A DNA stretch of 40,620 nucleotides from Escherichia coli (lineage in GTDB: Bacteria > Pseudomonadota > Gammaproteobacteria > Enterobacterales > Enterobacteriaceae), in NCBI GenBank assembly GCA_026712415.1, contig GCA_026712415.1_4696.1, one strand, 5' to 3'. Below, in pieces: positions 37,283-40,620 of this stretch. A program made the translations under genes and the position numbers. The notes beneath the pieces are model-generated. The model ran no database searches and was not told the origin of the DNA. It worked only from the letters and a program-made list of their open reading frames with translations. How positions within the stretch are numbered: the stretch's first letter is position 1; each line of letters starts with the position of its first letter.

Positions 37283-39934
37283 ATGACTAACGTAATCAAC
37301 GCACCAAAGAACGACTTCTCTGACATCGCTAACGCAATCATGCCATACAACATTCTGGCTGACCATTACGGCGCACAGCTTGCAGCTACGCAGTTACAGC
37401 TTGAGCACGAAGCGCACACCGAAGGCGAGAAGCGTTTTCTTAAGGCAATGGAACGTCAAATCAAAGCGGGTGAGTTCGGTGATAACGCAGTGGCTAAACC
37501 GCTCCTGTCATCTCTCGCACCGAAGTTTATCGAGGCGTGGAACGATTGGTTCACTGAAGTGGAAGCGAAGCGTGGCAAGCGTCCAGTAGCCTACAATCTG
37601 GTACAGAAGGTTGCACCTGAAGCTGCTGCATTTATCACACTGAAGGTCACACTCGCTTGCTTGACGAAAGAAGAGTTCACCAACCTGCAATCGGTCGCCA
37701 CTAAGATTGGTCGCAGTATTGAGGATGAACTGCGTTTTGGTCGCATCCGTGACGAAGAAGCGAAGCACTTTAAGAACCACGTACAGGAGGCACTGAACAA
37801 GCGCGTTGGTATCGTCTACAAGAAAGCATTCATGCAAGCTGTAGAAGGCAAGATGCTTGATGCTGGTCAACTGCAAACCAAGTGGACCACATGGACACCT
37901 GAAGAATCAATTCACGTTGGTGTGCGCATGTTGGAACTGCTCATTGGGTCTACTGGTCTCGTTGAGTTACACCGCCCGTTCGCTGGGAACATCGAGAAGG
38001 ATGGCGAGTACATCCAACTGACCGAACAATACGTTGACCTGTTATCTAAACGTGCTGGTGCACTGGCTGCAATCGCTCCAATGTATCAGCCTTGCGTGGT
38101 CCCACCTAAGCCTTGGACTTCTCCGGTCGGTGGTGGCTATTGGGCTGCTGGTCGCAAGCCTCTCTCTCTGGTTCGCACTGGTAGCAAGAAGGGACTTGAG
38201 CGTTACAACGATGTGTACATGCCTGAAGTTTACAAGGCCGTGAACATCGCACAGAATACTCCTTGGAAGATTAACAAGAAGGTTCTGGCAGTGGTCAACG
38301 AGATTGTGAACTGGAAGCATTGCCCGGTTGAAGATGTACCCGCTCTGGAACGTGGAGAACTCCCGGTCAAACCTGATGACATCGACACGAACGAAGCGGC
38401 TCTGAAAGCGTGGAAGAAAGCGGCCTCCGCAATCTACCGCAAAGAGAAGGCACGAGTGTCACGCCGCATGAGCATGGAGTTCATGTTAGGTCAGGCCAAT
38501 AAGTTCGCACAGTTCAAAGCTATCTGGTTCCCAATGAACATGGACTGGCGCGGTCGTGTGTATGCTGTGCCGATGTTTAACCCGCAAGGCAACGACATGA
38601 CCAAAGGCTTGCTGACGTTGGCTAAAGGTAAACCAATCGGTGTCGATGGGTACTACTGGCTGAAGATTCACGGTGCTAACACTGCTGGCGTGGACAAGGT
38701 GGACTTTGCAGAACGCATCAAGTTCATTGATGACAACCATGAGAACATCATGAGCGTTGCGGCTGACCCGATTGCTAACACTTGGTGGGCCGAGCAAGAT
38801 TCTCCGTTCTGCTTCCTCGCGTTCTGCTTCGAGTATACAGGTGTGCAACACCACGGGATGAACTACAACTGCTCTCTTCCGCTGGCGTTCGATGGTAGCT
38901 GCTCCGGTATTCAGCACTTCTCCGCGATGCTCCGTGATGAGATTGGTGGTCGTGCGGTTAACCTGCTGCCAAGCAAAGAGGTACAAGACATCTACCGCAT
39001 CGTAGCGGAACGTGTCAACGAGATTCTGAAGCAAGATGTAATAAATGGCACCGACAACGAAGTCGAAACCGTGACCAATAAGGACACAGGGGAAATCACT
39101 GAGAAGCTCAAGCTGGGCACGAAGGAACTGGCTGGTCAATGGTTAGCATACGGTGTTACTCGTAAGGAGACTAAGCGTTCCGTTATGACCTTGGCGTATG
39201 GTTCCAAAGAGTATGGCTTCCGTGACCAAGTGCTAGAGGATACAATTCAGCCAGCTATCGACGATGGCAAGGGCTTGATGTTCACTCAACCGAACCAAGC
39301 GGCTGGCTACATGGCTAAACTGATTTGGAACGCGGTAACGGTGACAGTGGTCGCTGCGGTTGAAGCAATGAACTGGCTGAAGTCTGCTGCTAAACTGCTG
39401 GCTGCTGAAGTCAAGGACAAGAAGACAAAAGAGGTTCTGCGCAAACGCTGTGCGGTACATTGGGTTACTCCTGATGGCTTCCCGGTCTGGCAGGAATACA
39501 AGAAGCCAGTACAGACACGCTTGAACCTGATGTTCTTAGGCCAGATTCGTCTACAGCCTACCGTGAACACCAACAAGGATAGCGGAATTGATGCTCGTAA
39601 GCAGGAGTCAGGCATCGCACCTAACTTTGTCCACTCAATGGATGGTAGCCACCTGCGCATGACTGTGGTCCGCTCCAATGAGGTCTACGGTGTGGAATCG
39701 TTCGCACTGATTCACGACTCCTTTGGTACTATCCCTGCTGATGCTGGCAACCTGTTTAAAGCAGTGCGTGAAACGATGGTCAACACTTACGAAGAGAACG
39801 ATGTACTTGCAGACTTCTATGAGCAATTTGCTGACCAGTTGCACGAATCACAGCTTGACAAGATGCCTGAGATGCCAGCTAAAGGTTCTCTGGACCTGCA
39901 AGAAATCCTTAAGTCAGACTTTGCGTTTGCCTAA
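37283..39934 (+). CDS. single-subunit DNA-directed RNA polymerase (gene 1)
   Basis: 883 aa (same as T7 RNAP); catalytic and specificity-loop regions conserved; loop reads ...QPTVNTNKDSGIDARKQESGIAPNF with the T7-type Asn at the base-reading position. Confidence 0.98.
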   Translation: MTNVINAPKNDFSDIANAIMPYNILADHYGAQLAATQLQLEHEAHTEGEKRFLKAMERQIKAGEFGDNAVAKPLLSSLAPKFIEAWNDWFTEVEAKRGKRPVAYNLVQKVAPEAAAFITLKVTLACLTKEEFTNLQSVATKIGRSIEDELRFGRIRDEEAKHFKNHVQEALNKRVGIVYKKAFMQAVEGKMLDAGQLQTKWTTWTPEESIHVGVRMLELLIGSTGLVELHRPFAGNIEKDGEYIQLTEQYVDLLSKRAGALAAIAPMYQPCVVPPKPWTSPVGGGYWAAGRKPLSLVRTGSKKGLERYNDVYMPEVYKAVNIAQNTPWKINKKVLAVVNEIVNWKHCPVEDVPALERGELPVKPDDIDTNEAALKAWKKAASAIYRKEKARVSRRMSMEFMLGQANKFAQFKAIWFPMNMDWRGRVYAVPMFNPQGNDMTKGLLTLAKGKPIGVDGYYWLKIHGANTAGVDKVDFAERIKFIDDNHENIMSVAADPIANTWWAEQDSPFCFLAFCFEYTGVQHHGMNYNCSLPLAFDGSCSGIQHFSAMLRDEIGGRAVNLLPSKEVQDIYRIVAERVNEILKQDVINGTDNEVETVTNKDTGEITEKLKLGTKELAGQWLAYGVTRKETKRSVMTLAYGSKEYGFRDQVLEDTIQPAIDDGKGLMFTQPNQAAGYMAKLIWNAVTVTVVAAVEAMNWLKSAAKLLAAEVKDKKTKEVLRKRCAVHWVTPDGFPVWQEYKKPVQTRLNLMFLGQIRLQPTVNTNKDSGIDARKQESGIAPNFVHSMDGSHLRMTVVRSNEVYGVESFALIHDSFGTIPADAGNLFKAVRETMVNTYEENDVLADFYEQFADQLHESQLDKMPEMPAKGSLDLQEILKSDFAFA

Positions 39935-39941
39935 CGGAATC

Positions 39942-39964
39942 TAATACGACTCACTATTGGGAGC
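39942..39964 (+). promoter_or_regulatory. T7-type promoter (phi1.1A-like) with transcript 5' UUCG hairpin
   Basis: TAATACGACTCACTATTGGGAGC; +1 G at 39959 begins the hairpin GGGAGCC-UUCG-GGCUUCC (39959-39976). Confidence 0.85.
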
Positions 39965-40023
39965 CTTCGGGCTTCCTAAACTTTAAGATACTTTAAGTTC
40001 TAACTTTAAGAGGAAACACAATC

Positions 40024-40581
40024 ATGTTTACTTTAATCACTTCAGTAGGCGCTCTCGTATCAACCATTCTTGCAGCAACATACTATAATCGTTCAAAGGT
40101 ATTTCTCACTAAGCTAATCAAAGAAGAGAAGAACTCTCATGCACTCAAAGAGAGACTTGAAGATGGTTGGCGAGAGAAGCAGGAACTAGCTGGTCGAATC
40201 CGTACCTTAGAGTTCGAACAACAATATGACATGTCGAACCAACGAGAACTCATCGAGCGTCTACGCGCTGAGGCAGTGGAGTACCGCAAGGAACTTAAAG
40301 AGGCAAAGAGTACCATCCGTGAGTACACTCACAGTGACATCACGTCTATCAAGTTTACTGCTCACATACCGGATGCTGGCTGGAAGCGCACTGAGTTCAA
40401 GCTGGGTCTTGGCTCATGTGGTAAGCAAGTCACTTGCCTACATTGGGTTGAACAAGCCGACCGCTATCTGCTGACAAAGACGTGCACTGATGGTGAGCGC
40501 AAAGAGTTCACCTATTATAAGAAAGATGTAGCGGGTCGCATTGAGATTGCACGTAAGGTTGCAGACAATACGACTCACTAA
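40024..40581 (+). CDS. hypothetical membrane-anchored coiled-coil protein (185 aa)
   Basis: GAGGAAA RBS; N-terminal TM helix, heptad-rich central segment, Cys-containing C-terminal domain; stop codon lies inside promoter 40566-40588. Confidence 0.7.
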   Translation: MFTLITSVGALVSTILAATYYNRSKVFLTKLIKEEKNSHALKERLEDGWREKQELAGRIRTLEFEQQYDMSNQRELIERLRAEAVEYRKELKEAKSTIREYTHSDITSIKFTAHIPDAGWKRTEFKLGLGSCGKQVTCLHWVEQADRYLLTKTCTDGERKEFTYYKKDVAGRIEIARKVADNTTH

Positions 40582-40620
40582 TGGGAGACACTGAAAGTTA
40601 AACTCAAGGTCATCACATTT
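40478..40620 (+). repeat. contig wrap-around overlap (identical to 1-143)
   Basis: Exact 143-bp identity with the window start; the gene order is continuous across it. Confidence 0.9.
40566..40588 (+). promoter_or_regulatory. T7-type promoter (same element as 89-111 through contig wrap-around)
   Basis: CAATACGACTCACTAATGGGAGA. Confidence 0.8.

Overview
This window is a complete, circularly permuted genome of a T7-family podophage (Autographiviridae, T7/T3-like), about 40.5 kb per unit. Positions 1-143 are an exact repeat of 40478-40620, so this is contig wrap-around (unit length 40,477 bp), not a biological terminal repeat. All credible genes are on the + strand, in canonical T7 order starting mid-genome at gene 1.1 and running through the early genes and RNA polymerase. 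Gene content looks T3-like (SAM lyase instead of Ocr, no gene 7, short ligase and gp1.7), yet the 16 phage promoters are T7-like (TAATACGACTCACTAWTGGGAGA). Main anomalies: a 315-bp in-frame tandem duplication across the gp11/gp12 junction, an extra 185-aa gene between the spanin and terminase genes, an apparent ~170-aa coiled-coil insertion in gp16, and a 185-aa membrane coiled-coil ORF between the two promoters after the RNAP gene. No tRNA, CRISPR or mobile element was detected. All homology statements rest on recall of T7/T3 proteins, not on a database search.
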